Source of the DNA: Porphyridium purpureum
Taxonomy: Eukaryota
DNA: 64,000 bases
Assembly (NCBI GenBank): GCA_008690995.1
Contig: VRMN01000001.1
Coordinates: forward strand, 2,356,001 to 2,420,000
Direction: 5' to 3'
The notes beneath the pieces are model-generated. The model saw nothing but the letters and a program-made list of their open reading frames with translations, did no database searches and had not been told where the DNA came from. The position numbers and the translations under genes are program-made. Within the stretch, counting starts at the first letter, position 1. Every line of letters begins with the position of its first letter. Below are positions 53,243-62,897 of the stretch, one piece after another.

Positions 53243-53962
53243 TTACATGGCGTTCGCCTTGCCTTCGATGACGCGGTCAATCAGACCGTAGTCCTTGGCT
53301 TCGTACGCAGACATGAAGTTGTCGCGGTCCAGGTCGGTGACGAGCTTCTCGTAAGGCTGGCCCGTCATTTTGCTGTATTCGTTGACCAGATTCTTCTTGA
53401 TGCGCAGGATCTGCTCGGCCTCCACCTTGATGTCGGACGCCTGACCCTGTGCGCCTCCCATAGGCTGATGGATCATCGTACGCGAGTGCGGCAGAGCGCA
53501 TCTGCGCCCGCGCTCTCCGGCGCCAAGAAGGAACGACGCCATCGACGCCGCGAGCCCGACGTTGATCGTGATGATCTCCGACTTGACGTGTCTCATCGTG
53601 TCGTACATGGCGAGCCCGGCAATCACGCTGCCACCCGGCGAGTTGATGTACAGGTAGATGGGCTTGGTGTTGTCCTCAGACTCCAGATACAGCATGACCG
53701 CAATGATCTGATTCGCAATCTCGTCGTCAATTTCCTGGCCCAAGAAGATGATGCGCTCACGGTACAGGCGGTTGTAAATATCCACCCACTCGGCTTGCGG
53801 GGCGCCCGGGACGCGGTACGCCACCTTGGGCACGCCAATCGGCATCATGGTGATGCGGCCCTTGCTCGCGCTCGTCGAGGTCGACCGCGCCGTCGCCACC
53901 GCGGACACACGCGCCCCGCGCGAAGCCAGCGACGCATGAGCGCCCGTCACTACGAATCCCAT
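53243..53962 (-). CDS. clpP: Plastid ATP-dependent Clp protease proteolytic subunit, cyanobacterial ClpP3-type
   Basis: Transit peptide, then MPIGVPKV...[32 protein letters not shown] (Ser), MIHQP (His) and DRD (Asp). The start is 53962 or 53974. Confidence 0.95.
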   Translation of the reverse strand: MGFVVTGAHASLASRGARVSAVATARSTSTSASKGRITMMPIGVPKVAYRVPGAPQAEWVDIYNRLYRERIIFLGQEIDDEIANQIIAVMLYLESEDNTKPIYLYINSPGGSVIAGLAMYDTMRHVKSEIITINVGLAASMASFLLGAGERGRRCALPHSRTMIHQPMGGAQGQASDIKVEAEQILRIKKNLVNEYSKMTGQPYEKLVTDLDRDNFMSAYEAKDYGLIDRVIEGKANAM

Positions 53963-54993
53963 ACTGCCCGTCATCCTCCCTTCTCTCTCCCGCGCACTCC
54001 CGCTCCTCCTCTGCCCCTTTCCTTCTTGCACCGTCCGCGCGCTTCTTACCCAACCTCCCTTTCCACCATGCTGGAGTCGTCTCGACTTTACCTTGTCACT
54101 GTACACCCCGCACGCTCGCGATTTTTACTTTTCCACGGACATGCGTCACCTCGGTTCGAGCAGCAGGGTCAAAATGCGTCGCCGCAGCAACGATGCCGCG
54201 GCACGTGCACATGCGCCAAGCCCGTTTCTCTCACAGCCAGCGCACGCTCTGCGTGATCATCTCACCCCAAAACCTCTCACACATTACATAAGCACGCGCG
54301 CACACACACACCGCACAACCTCACCGAACCTACCATCCAGACCAAAACCCACACACCCCACGCACCCGCTACCTCCACGCCATCTCACACACCAGACACA
54401 CCACATACCCTCCGCCGCTCCTTCTTCCTCGCACACGTGCAGATCCCGTACGCCGACGACATCACACTCACGCATCCATACTGTCCATCCTGTCCATCCC
54501 GTCCATCCCACCTCCCCGCACACCCGCAACCAATTCACCCCCCACAATCACCACGTCCAAACGAAAAACCTCCGCACAATAGCACAAGTACACTCATCAC
54601 TGTACACTCACCGCTTTTGTTTATCAAACCGCGATTCTGAAACACGCCTTCCCGTTTTTCTCTCTCGACACCGGCTTGACCCACTCACGCACTCACTCCA
54701 AACTGGATATGTGCAAAATCATAGAACCGATCGGGTTTGGTATGCGGTTTTTCGTTCTTAATTTCATGGGCGTCCTGTGTTCGTTCTGTTGTTCGGAGTG
54801 CAGCGAAGGTGTGCTGAGTAAACGGTGTTGAGTTTGTATAAGAAGCGACTGCCGAAGTTGGGGGGAAGGGGGAAGGGGGGGAAAAAGCCTCGGGGGAAAC
54901 GAGCAGCGTGGTAGAGCGGAAAAGCAGGAGCTGGGGGGGTGGAGCGTCGCAAAGGAAGGAGAGCGTGAGGGTGTGTGTGAGTGAAGAGGGAGA

Positions 54994-55704
54994 ATGCCGC
55001 TGTTTAAGAAGGAGGCGCCGGTGCAGTATGTGACCGCGCCGGCGCCGCGCGCGCCCGTGAATATGAACGTGCATGAGCATAACATGGAAATGCGCATGGG
55101 CTCGCTCGAATCCAAGTTGCGCAAGTGCGACGAGGACCTCGCGCTGTACAAGCGTGAGATGCAGCGCTTGAAGCCAGGGTCTCCGCAGTACGAGATGTAC
55201 AAGCAGCGCGCCTTTCGCGTGCTGAAGCAGAAGCGCGTGTATCAGAAGCAGTTTGAGCAGACGGGCAAGCAGCAGTTCAACATGGACCAGATGAAGTTTG
55301 CTAAGGAGCAGGTGCAGGACGCGCAGGCAAGCGTGAGCATGATGAAGGACGCCAACAAGGCAATGCAAAAGGATATGAATAACATTGATCTCGACGAGGT
55401 TGAGGACCTGCACGATGAAATGGAGGAAATGCTGATGGACGCTAGCGCCATCACCGATACACTGGGTCGCACATACGACCTCGGGGACGGCATCACAGAC
55501 GCCGACCTCGAGGCGGAGCTGGATAATGTTGAGGCGGAATTATTCGTGGGTGCCGGTGCCGGCGTGCCTAGCTACATCCAACCGAGCTACGTGCCTGTGG
55601 CCGGTTCAGCGCAAGCCGCGGGCAGCAATGCGCAGCACGCGAACATGGATCCTATAGCGCAACTAGAGGCCGCCCAGTTTGGTGGCTCCGGCCAAAGGCG
55701 CTAG
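54994..55704 (+). CDS. VPS60: ESCRT-III Snf7-family protein Vps60/CHMP5
   Basis: KQRAFRVLKQKRVY, QQFNMDQ, IDLDEVEDLHDEM, LGRTY and DLEAELD. Confidence 0.88.
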   Translation: MPLFKKEAPVQYVTAPAPRAPVNMNVHEHNMEMRMGSLESKLRKCDEDLALYKREMQRLKPGSPQYEMYKQRAFRVLKQKRVYQKQFEQTGKQQFNMDQMKFAKEQVQDAQASVSMMKDANKAMQKDMNNIDLDEVEDLHDEMEEMLMDASAITDTLGRTYDLGDGITDADLEAELDNVEAELFVGAGAGVPSYIQPSYVPVAGSAQAAGSNAQHANMDPIAQLEAAQFGGSGQRR

Positions 55705-55959
55705 GAGGTATCCCGCGCACGCGTCTCTATCAATGTGAGGTCTTGAAGTGTATGGCGTGGCCGTCGTGCGTTGTTTTGCGATTGAGAGCACCTTGTGCGC
55801 TGACCATATTGCCACGTGGCTCATGGCTCGTGGCTCTTATGAAGTATATTCATTAAACGGAGTTTGACGCTCGTAATCTTCGTCGAAATGGTGCGAGCTC
55901 ACAATTCAGTTAGTACTGAAAAGCTGGGAGGGGTTGTCCTGAGAGCGTCTTCTCCGGGG

Positions 55960-57906
55960 ATGAAAAGAAATACAGGCGAAATGCGGCAAAAGGCCCAGTA
56001 CCGTCCGCCGATGACGGGCTCCATGCAGGCTCCGGCGACGGCGTCTGCGCCGTCGCCGCGTGTTATTTCAGCGCCACGCTTTGGCACCCGCAAAAGCCGT
56101 GGTATCGAGCTTAGCCTGTTCGCGCTAGGCGTATTCATTGGTGCAGCCCTCGTGTTTCAAGCTGCGGATCGAACGCTGCGCGATCGCGCCGCGCTGATCG
56201 AAGAGAGAATCCAGCGGGCGCGCTCAGCATCGGATGCACTCGGACGGAAGGGGGCAATTTCAGAACGTGGTGGAAACGATGCGGCAGTGCAGCCGGCATT
56301 GGAAGATCCGAACGCCATGCATATTGTTCCTTCATGTATACCAGTGCCCAGCACTACTGCAGATGTCACACGCGAAGAATCGCAGGTGGTCTACGCTGAA
56401 GAGCAAGCCCAGACGGACGCGCAGAAACCGGTATTGAAGGGGAAGCGAAAAGTTACAAAGGTTGTAGAGTTGGACGGCCCTCAATGCAGCACTTCCTTTT
56501 CTCTCATGGCGCAGGAGCCGCTTGTACATTTTTCAAACGGGCGTACGTCGGTGTACGTCGCCAACGTCTTCGTGTCCGCGTCGGGCGACGTGCGCATTCT
56601 GCTGTGGTGTTCGTGGGTACCGCTTGCCTCCAGTGACGCGCATTTGTCGAGTCACATCAGCAATGGGCTGCTGGATATTGAGTTTGTCATCTCTGCGACG
56701 GGCCAAGTCGTGCCATGTTCCATTTTAAGTCCCAAACAAGCGGATTTCACGGTCCAGATTGTGGTTTGCGAGACTTCTTCTGTTCTTGCAAATCGCGCGG
56801 AGCAACACAGTGCAGACGATGCACCTCCGCTGGAAGGCGTGCTTCGTGTCAAGGAGAATCTCATCGAACGGCTCCGCGCAAAAAAGTTTGACGAAACGGT
56901 ACCATTCATGTCTCCTGTCGAGTTAGTTGCATGTCGGTGGGATGCGGCAGCGGGGCACACACCGATTAAGCGCTCAGAATCGGGTAAATTTTCGTCGGCA
57001 CTAGTCACCATGATCAAGGTGAGCTACGTCGGCGCGGGTCTTAACATGAAAACCGGGCCGTTCATTTCGGAGCGGCTGCGCGAATGGGTTGTATACCACT
57101 TGGCGCTTGGCTTCTCACACATATTTGTTTATGTCGACGGCAATGCGGCGTCGACCAATCAGATTCTGGAGCCGCTGATTCGTGCTGGCTTGGTTTCAGT
57201 AATGGGTGTGCGCCGCAGAGATGTGCCCGCGGCAATTTGGAGGCACGGCCTTGGTATCAAGAGATTTGATGCGCTTGCATCGCAACAACTTGTGGTGTTT
57301 TCAGCACATTATGATCGATACCGATCGTATTTCGATTACATGTCAGTTCTGGACGTGGATGAATTTCTGTACGCCAATGCCAGCGTTGTGTATGCAGGCT
57401 ACTCTATGCCAAACACGAGCCTGCTTGACGCCTTTCTCGAGTATCAAATTGAAAGCAGTCGGTCTCCCTCGCGTCTGAATAAGCCGGCTTGCGTGTTTCG
57501 ACTGCATTGGTGGTACTTATTCAGGACGCCTGGTCGGGAGATTCGACGCGTCGTACGAGACTATCAGAGCAGGCAGACAAACGCGACGGCCGCGAAACGC
57601 GGTAGCTCAAAGACGATCTTCAATGCGGGTGCGCACCAGTATCTCGACCAGCATGGGCCGACTCGTGGGGTAGGGGCATGCACCGGCGGCGAGATCTACG
57701 TAAAGCCCGAAGTGGCGCATGCGGTTCATTTTCGCGCGACAGCTCGCGACTTTGTTGATCAGTGTCGCTTGGACACACCGCTCAACATGAGCTACATGGA
57801 GGATACATGGAACCGCATCGTACCGCCCTTCCTGGATCGAACGCGCCACGCGTTCAATATCAATGTCGACGACGAGTGGATTGGAACCATTTTACCTCTG
57901 GGATAA
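55960..57906 (+). CDS. Type II membrane glycosyltransferase, GT92/DUF23-like (GT-A fold)
   Basis: TM LSLFALGVFIGAALVF, LREWVVYHLALGFSHIFVY and YMSVLDVDEFLY (DxD). Confidence 0.8.
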   Translation: MKRNTGEMRQKAQYRPPMTGSMQAPATASAPSPRVISAPRFGTRKSRGIELSLFALGVFIGAALVFQAADRTLRDRAALIEERIQRARSASDALGRKGAISERGGNDAAVQPALEDPNAMHIVPSCIPVPSTTADVTREESQVVYAEEQAQTDAQKPVLKGKRKVTKVVELDGPQCSTSFSLMAQEPLVHFSNGRTSVYVANVFVSASGDVRILLWCSWVPLASSDAHLSSHISNGLLDIEFVISATGQVVPCSILSPKQADFTVQIVVCETSSVLANRAEQHSADDAPPLEGVLRVKENLIERLRAKKFDETVPFMSPVELVACRWDAAAGHTPIKRSESGKFSSALVTMIKVSYVGAGLNMKTGPFISERLREWVVYHLALGFSHIFVYVDGNAASTNQILEPLIRAGLVSVMGVRRRDVPAAIWRHGLGIKRFDALASQQLVVFSAHYDRYRSYFDYMSVLDVDEFLYANASVVYAGYSMPNTSLLDAFLEYQIESSRSPSRLNKPACVFRLHWWYLFRTPGREIRRVVRDYQSRQTNATAAKRGSSKTIFNAGAHQYLDQHGPTRGVGACTGGEIYVKPEVAHAVHFRATARDFVDQCRLDTPLNMSYMEDTWNRIVPPFLDRTRHAFNINVDDEWIGTILPLG

Positions 57907-58406
57907 ACCCAGAGAGCAGACCTTCACATCTTCGCTTTGCAGTCACACACCACCGAGCGCATCGCCGCACTCAACCCGACCCATCGTGCCGCCGCTCCTA
58001 TCACTGACCATGTATGCACATCCGGTTCTCAGAGCCGCACGCGGCCCGCCCCCACGCTTTTGCACGGCGTTCAAGGACCCGAGCGTCCAGCACCGGAATC
58101 GAATTACGCCGTACCACACGGAAGACGATCAGACCTCCCGCCTGTCCCACGTGTCGCACGTGTCCCACTCTTCGCCAACGCCAACTGTACTCCATCCAAC
58201 GAACTGTACTGAGAAGTGCGCCGTTAACTGTTAACGTGTTTTGTGGCGACTTTCGAGCGCGAGCGATTGGCGGATGGCACAGAAGGTGGGAAGCGCGGGA
58301 CGAAGAAGGAGGGAAACGGCGCAAGAGTGAACACGGGAAACCACGCTACAAGTGTGTGATCAAGTGTGGGTTGGGCGTCACTTGTGGAGCGATCGGGCTG
58401 CGCGCG

Positions 58407-59471
58407 ATGGCGATGGGAAGAGTGCGCGGTCTGAGTTCCGCGGCAGCGGCGATGGGTGGGAGCGCGCCGAAGCAGTTTAAGGCCACGTTGTTCCCGGGCG
58501 ATGGAATCGGGCCGGAGATTTCCGAAGCAGTCGTGAAGATCTTGCACGCGGCCAAGTGCCCGATCGAGTGGGAGACACACATTATCGATGTGCGCAGCAA
58601 GAAGCCGGGCGAGATGCTCGTGTCGCGCGAGGCGCTGGACTCGGTCCTGCGGAACGGATGGGGCCTCAAGGGACCCATGGAGACGCCGATTGGCAAGGGG
58701 CACCGCTCGCTCAACCTCACCTTGCGGAAAGAACTCGCACTGTACGCAAACGTGCGGCCTTGCCTCTCCTTTCCTGGCGTAAAGACGCTTTACGAGAACG
58801 TCGATGTTGTCACCGTGCGCGAGAACACAGAAGGCGAGTACTCGGGCCTGGAGCACGTGGTGAGTCCAGGCATTGTAAAGTCTCTGAAAGTGATCACACG
58901 CGACGCATCCATGCGAATCAACGAGTTCGCCTTCAAGTACGCCCGAAATAATGGCAGAAAAAAGGTGACCGTGGTGCACAAGGCCACAGTGATGAAGAAG
59001 AGCGACGGCCTGTTCCTGAAATGCTCGCGCGAGGTCGCGAAGAACTACCCGGACATTGAGTTCGAGGAGCTGCTGATCGACAACGCGTCGAGTTTTTTGG
59101 TCTCCAATCCATCACGCATGGACGTTATGGTCATGCCAAACTTGTACGGTGATATTATCTCCGATCTATGCGCAGGGCTGATCGGCGGGCTCGGCCTGAC
59201 ACCAAGCTGCAACATTGGCGAGAACTGCGTGCTTGCCGAAGCGGTACATGGGACTGCGCCAGATATTAGCGGGAAAAACCTTGCCAACCCAACAGCTCTG
59301 CTGTTCTCGGCGATCATGATGTTACGGGAGATGGGACTGCGTGAGCAGGCCAGCTCTATTGAGAGCTCAGTGTTCAGAGTGCTCTCTGAGGGTAAGATCA
59401 GAACTGGCGATTTAGGCGGAAAGTCCTCCACCACAGAGTACACGCAAGCCATCATTGACAATTTGAACTAA
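58407..59471 (+). CDS. IDH3A: Mitochondrial NAD-dependent isocitrate dehydrogenase, catalytic-type subunit
   Basis: TLFPGDGIGPEI, SLNLTLRK, RENTEGEYSG, MPNLYGDIISDLCAGL and EAVHGTAPDI; the track's upstream extension is probably UTR. Confidence 0.93.
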   Translation: MAMGRVRGLSSAAAAMGGSAPKQFKATLFPGDGIGPEISEAVVKILHAAKCPIEWETHIIDVRSKKPGEMLVSREALDSVLRNGWGLKGPMETPIGKGHRSLNLTLRKELALYANVRPCLSFPGVKTLYENVDVVTVRENTEGEYSGLEHVVSPGIVKSLKVITRDASMRINEFAFKYARNNGRKKVTVVHKATVMKKSDGLFLKCSREVAKNYPDIEFEELLIDNASSFLVSNPSRMDVMVMPNLYGDIISDLCAGLIGGLGLTPSCNIGENCVLAEAVHGTAPDISGKNLANPTALLFSAIMMLREMGLREQASSIESSVFRVLSEGKIRTGDLGGKSSTTEYTQAIIDNLN

Positions 59472-59764
59472 GCGCGATACGTTCCTGCCTACAGCGATCA
59501 AGCTGCGGCTCGGATGCCCTGTTTGCGTAATTCCAAATGTATTAAAGGCGAAACGTTTCTTCCTTCTTCTTGAGCGCCTTGGTCTGCTCCTCCAGTCAAC
59601 AGCAGAGCCGTGTGACAGGCTGCCATCCGTCGCACTTTGTGAGGGCGATCCCCTTCCACACCCATGAGGTTGTGGAGCTCCATTTTATGCGCATGTTAGT
59701 TCGGAGGACGGGCGGGAAGGAACAGCTCGCAAGAGTCGGCGAGGGCTAGCTGGGGCGCTCGGCC

Positions 59765-60883
59765 ATGATGCTCGCGCCGCTAGTCCCTCCATTCCGGTTC
59801 GCGGCGGTGGAGGAAAATGTTTACCGAGGGGCATACCCGTCTCTACGCAACATGCGCTTCCTGCGACGGCTCAAGCTCTCATGCATACTTTGTCTTGCGC
59901 CGCCGGGGCCCGGAAGCGGGCCTGGTGGCGCTGCGTCGGGCGACCTTGCGGAATTCTGTGAGGCGGAAGGTATCCGCTTGGTGTACTTTGAGGTGAACAA
60001 GTACGACGACAGCGTGACGATGAGTCAGAGCATAGCAGCCAAGATTGTGTCACAGATGATTCGTCCAGAGAATCTGCCTCTGTACGTACACTGCCGTGAC
60101 GGAGGGAATAACACCGGGCTAATCGTCATGTGCCTCCGGCGCTTGCAGAATTGGTCACTGTCGGTAATCTTTGACGAATTCTGCCGCTTCATCAAGACCG
60201 GTGAAATCTCCCGCGAAGAGTGCCAGTTCGTCGAGTCCTTCCGTGCCGAAATCGAGATCCCGCGTGTCATTCCGGCGTGGCTGTGGCAAGGAATGCGCAT
60301 TGGCGCGCACCCGACTCTGCGCTTGAGAACGGCCCCCGATGTGCACCTTTTAGATGCCCCGCCACACTTCACAGACGCGAAGCATGCTGCGGGAGCAGCC
60401 ACGTACGTTTCGGCTGCAGGTGCCTCGTCGGCGGCGACACAAGGCACAGCACGACCGGGTGCCAAGGCAGGCGAGCGAGCGATGAGCGGTGAAGCCCAGG
60501 TCATCGCGGGAGCGGATACTCGTGAAGCGATGAAAGAAGATGGCGAAGCAGGTGGAAGCCTTGGCATTCACAACGGAGACGGCGTTCACCGCGCAAATCA
60601 GCGGAAAGCAGCGCAAGCAAGGGAAGTGAACTCGTCCACTGCACCGCCCAAAGCTTTTTCCACCGAAGCCATCCAGGAGCGAGATCGTAAATGGGCGCAC
60701 TTGATGGAGGCGTTTTCACTGCAAGATCCGAAGTCCGCGTCTCTGGAACTCGCTTTCTCTAACAACCTAGACGCGCTCTTTTTGGACGTGCCCGTGAGCG
60801 ACAGGAGAAAAAATAAGAAGAGCACTCGAATTGTTGTCAGCCCTGCCATTGCCGGGCTGGCACTTGAGGGCCTCGAAATGTGA
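59765..60883 (+). CDS. Siw14/OCA-family tyrosine-phosphatase-like protein, Oca6-like (CX5R Arg absent)
   Basis: LVPPFRFAAVEENVYRGAYP, LPLYVHCRDGGNNTG and CLRRLQNWS..IFDEF. Confidence 0.8.
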   Translation: MMLAPLVPPFRFAAVEENVYRGAYPSLRNMRFLRRLKLSCILCLAPPGPGSGPGGAASGDLAEFCEAEGIRLVYFEVNKYDDSVTMSQSIAAKIVSQMIRPENLPLYVHCRDGGNNTGLIVMCLRRLQNWSLSVIFDEFCRFIKTGEISREECQFVESFRAEIEIPRVIPAWLWQGMRIGAHPTLRLRTAPDVHLLDAPPHFTDAKHAAGAATYVSAAGASSAATQGTARPGAKAGERAMSGEAQVIAGADTREAMKEDGEAGGSLGIHNGDGVHRANQRKAAQAREVNSSTAPPKAFSTEAIQERDRKWAHLMEAFSLQDPKSASLELAFSNNLDALFLDVPVSDRRKNKKSTRIVVSPAIAGLALEGLEM

Positions 60884-60922
60884 CATCCAAGTGCGTTGAT
60901 TCTTTTGCGCCTGACAAACTAA

Positions 60923-61978
60923 TTATTCCTTCAACAAGAAGCCAAACCTGCCGAGCTCGGCGCTCGTCAGTCCGACAAGCTGTGCGCTCATCGACCACAA
61001 CTTCTCCTCCGTGCTGGGGTTACAGTCGGACGAGCTTAGCTGATGTTCCTTGGTGATGTGGTAGTAGAAGCCGCCAGAATGTGTCGAAAGCTGCGGACTT
61101 GTTGCACAGTACACAGATCCTAGCGCACCGCACCGAGGGCTAATGAGAATGTGTGAAATCATTGCGTCGTAAAGCCACGAAATAACGGTGCCCAAGTTAC
61201 GCGACACTTCGGTGTGGACCATTCCTGGATGCACCGCGTTCACGGTCAGGTCACGACCACAACTAGACCCGCTGAGCTTGCGCGCCAGCGTTCGATTGAA
61301 AATAAGGTTACATAATTTAGACGAGCCGTATGCCTCGAAAGACCAATACGGCCGTCTTTGGTACCCAATATCGTCGAGATCCAGCGCGTGGAAGACGTAA
61401 GCTAGCGACGCCACGACGACAATACGGCCTTGCGGATTCATCGCGTCAAGCAGTAGAAGCGTGAGTAAGAAATGACCCAGGTGGTTCACAGCAAAGTGCA
61501 TCTCCGGAACGCCATCTTTCGAGGTCTCAAGCGGGACGCCAAGAATCCCGGCGTTGAGAATGAGCGCATCCAGAAGTGTGTTTTCAGCTTTGAGTGTGGC
61601 CGCTAGCTTGCGCACTGATTCAAGCGAACCCAGATCCAGCTCCACAACATCCAGTAAGCCCGCGGTTGTGTGTGTACCCTTGCGCTGCAACGAGGTACGA
61701 ATCTCGGCGGCGGCTAGCTCGCCCTTTGACTTGGAGCGGCACGCTATAATGACATGCGCACCCATTCCTGCCAGCATTCGCGCGGTCTCCTTGCCAATGC
61801 CAGTGTTTGCACCTGTGACAAGCACTCGCTTGCCGCGTGCATTCGTTGCGCAGTCGGCGCCGATCACGCGCTCGCGAATGAAGTAGCTCTGCACCAGCTG
61901 ATCGAGCGCCACCGTCAGCCAGGCATTCAGCGACCACGATCCTCGAGGCGACAACAGCGCGCTTAGTTGCGCTCCCAT
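60923..61978 (-). CDS. Short-chain dehydrogenase/reductase, RDH12/13/WWOX-like
   Basis: VTGANTGIG, LNAG, NHLGHF, YGSSK and HPGMV; MGAQLS N-terminus is a possible myristoylation site. Confidence 0.92.
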   Translation of the reverse strand: MGAQLSALLSPRGSWSLNAWLTVALDQLVQSYFIRERVIGADCATNARGKRVLVTGANTGIGKETARMLAGMGAHVIIACRSKSKGELAAAEIRTSLQRKGTHTTAGLLDVVELDLGSLESVRKLAATLKAENTLLDALILNAGILGVPLETSKDGVPEMHFAVNHLGHFLLTLLLLDAMNPQGRIVVVASLAYVFHALDLDDIGYQRRPYWSFEAYGSSKLCNLIFNRTLARKLSGSSCGRDLTVNAVHPGMVHTEVSRNLGTVISWLYDAMISHILISPRCGALGSVYCATSPQLSTHSGGFYYHITKEHQLSSSDCNPSTEEKLWSMSAQLVGLTSAELGRFGFLLKE

Positions 61979-62362
61979 GATAGTAGCCACCCTACCTACG
62001 AGCCTCTGCGAAATGAACGCCGGCCACTGCTGCCAAGTTTCGTTCTGGGGCCACACAAGAGTTTTATGACCTCTTTGAGCCGAACGGATTGGTGAGCGTT
62101 GGAATGCACAGGCGGCACGCGAGAGCAGTCAGATTTACTTTAAGGATGAATGCGAAGCCGCTTGCACAAGGACATGTTGGACATCTCACAGTTTACTACA
62201 CCACTCCAACTTGCCCTTCGCTTCCGACTGGTCAAGTGTTTACCCGTCTCCAAGTGCATGCAACAGGTAACTTCCATGTGCTGAGATGGGAAAGATCCAA
62301 CATGAACGCACACAATTAGGAACACACTATCGGCACGCAACATGGGCGTAACAGCCCTGCTT

Positions 62363-62725
62363 CTACTCGGAGTGCACGCTGACAACAGCGTCCACGACAA
62401 AGCGCTCTCCTTCCCGCTCGGAAATTGCCCACCGCACAATGTCGCCATGCGCAGCCGTCAACTCTCGCTCGATACGAGAGCGCAACACGGCGGGCGCTTC
62501 GTTCAGGACACGAGCAACTTCAATCTGCACGAACGTGAGCTGCATCTTCCCCTTGTGACGGTCGGCGTGAGATAAAGACATCGCCGCACGGCACTTGCCA
62601 TTCCTGAGAGGCGCCGAGGCCCTGCTCATTCGGCAAGAACGTCCGCGTTCGCCTCGCAAGCATTCAAGATGCTGCGAATGCCCACTTTGCGGCGCGGGAC
62701 TCGCAATGGCGACGAGAAACGCCAT
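62363..62725 (-). CDS. Small plastid-targeted protein resembling a cyanobacterial hypothetical family
   Basis: MAFLVA transit peptide, then LTFVQIEV...LRSRIERELTAAHGDIVRWAIS...VVDAVV. Confidence 0.6.
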   Translation of the reverse strand: MAFLVAIASPAPQSGHSQHLECLRGERGRSCRMSRASAPLRNGKCRAAMSLSHADRHKGKMQLTFVQIEVARVLNEAPAVLRSRIERELTAAHGDIVRWAISEREGERFVVDAVVSVHSE

Positions 62726-62897
62726 AATGCGCAGCTATCGGCGTGAGTAGCCCGTCGTGAAAGACTCCAAAGGAAAAGTAAGTTTACCAGTCCACGGAAA
62801 CTACTTGTAAGACTGTCAGACCATGTCAATCAAGTTAATTAGATACGCAGGTTCGCTTGAGATACACGTAGCACGAGAGGTGAGTGAAGCGGACGCC

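Noticed and set aside
53186..54256. 356-aa plus-strand ORF
   Set aside because: Antisense shadow of ClpP caused by GC-biased codon usage
58014..58406. 131-aa N-terminal extension on IDH
   Set aside because: Covers promoter-like sequence (CACGTG pair, CTGTAC pair); the mitochondrial presequence fits ATG 58407
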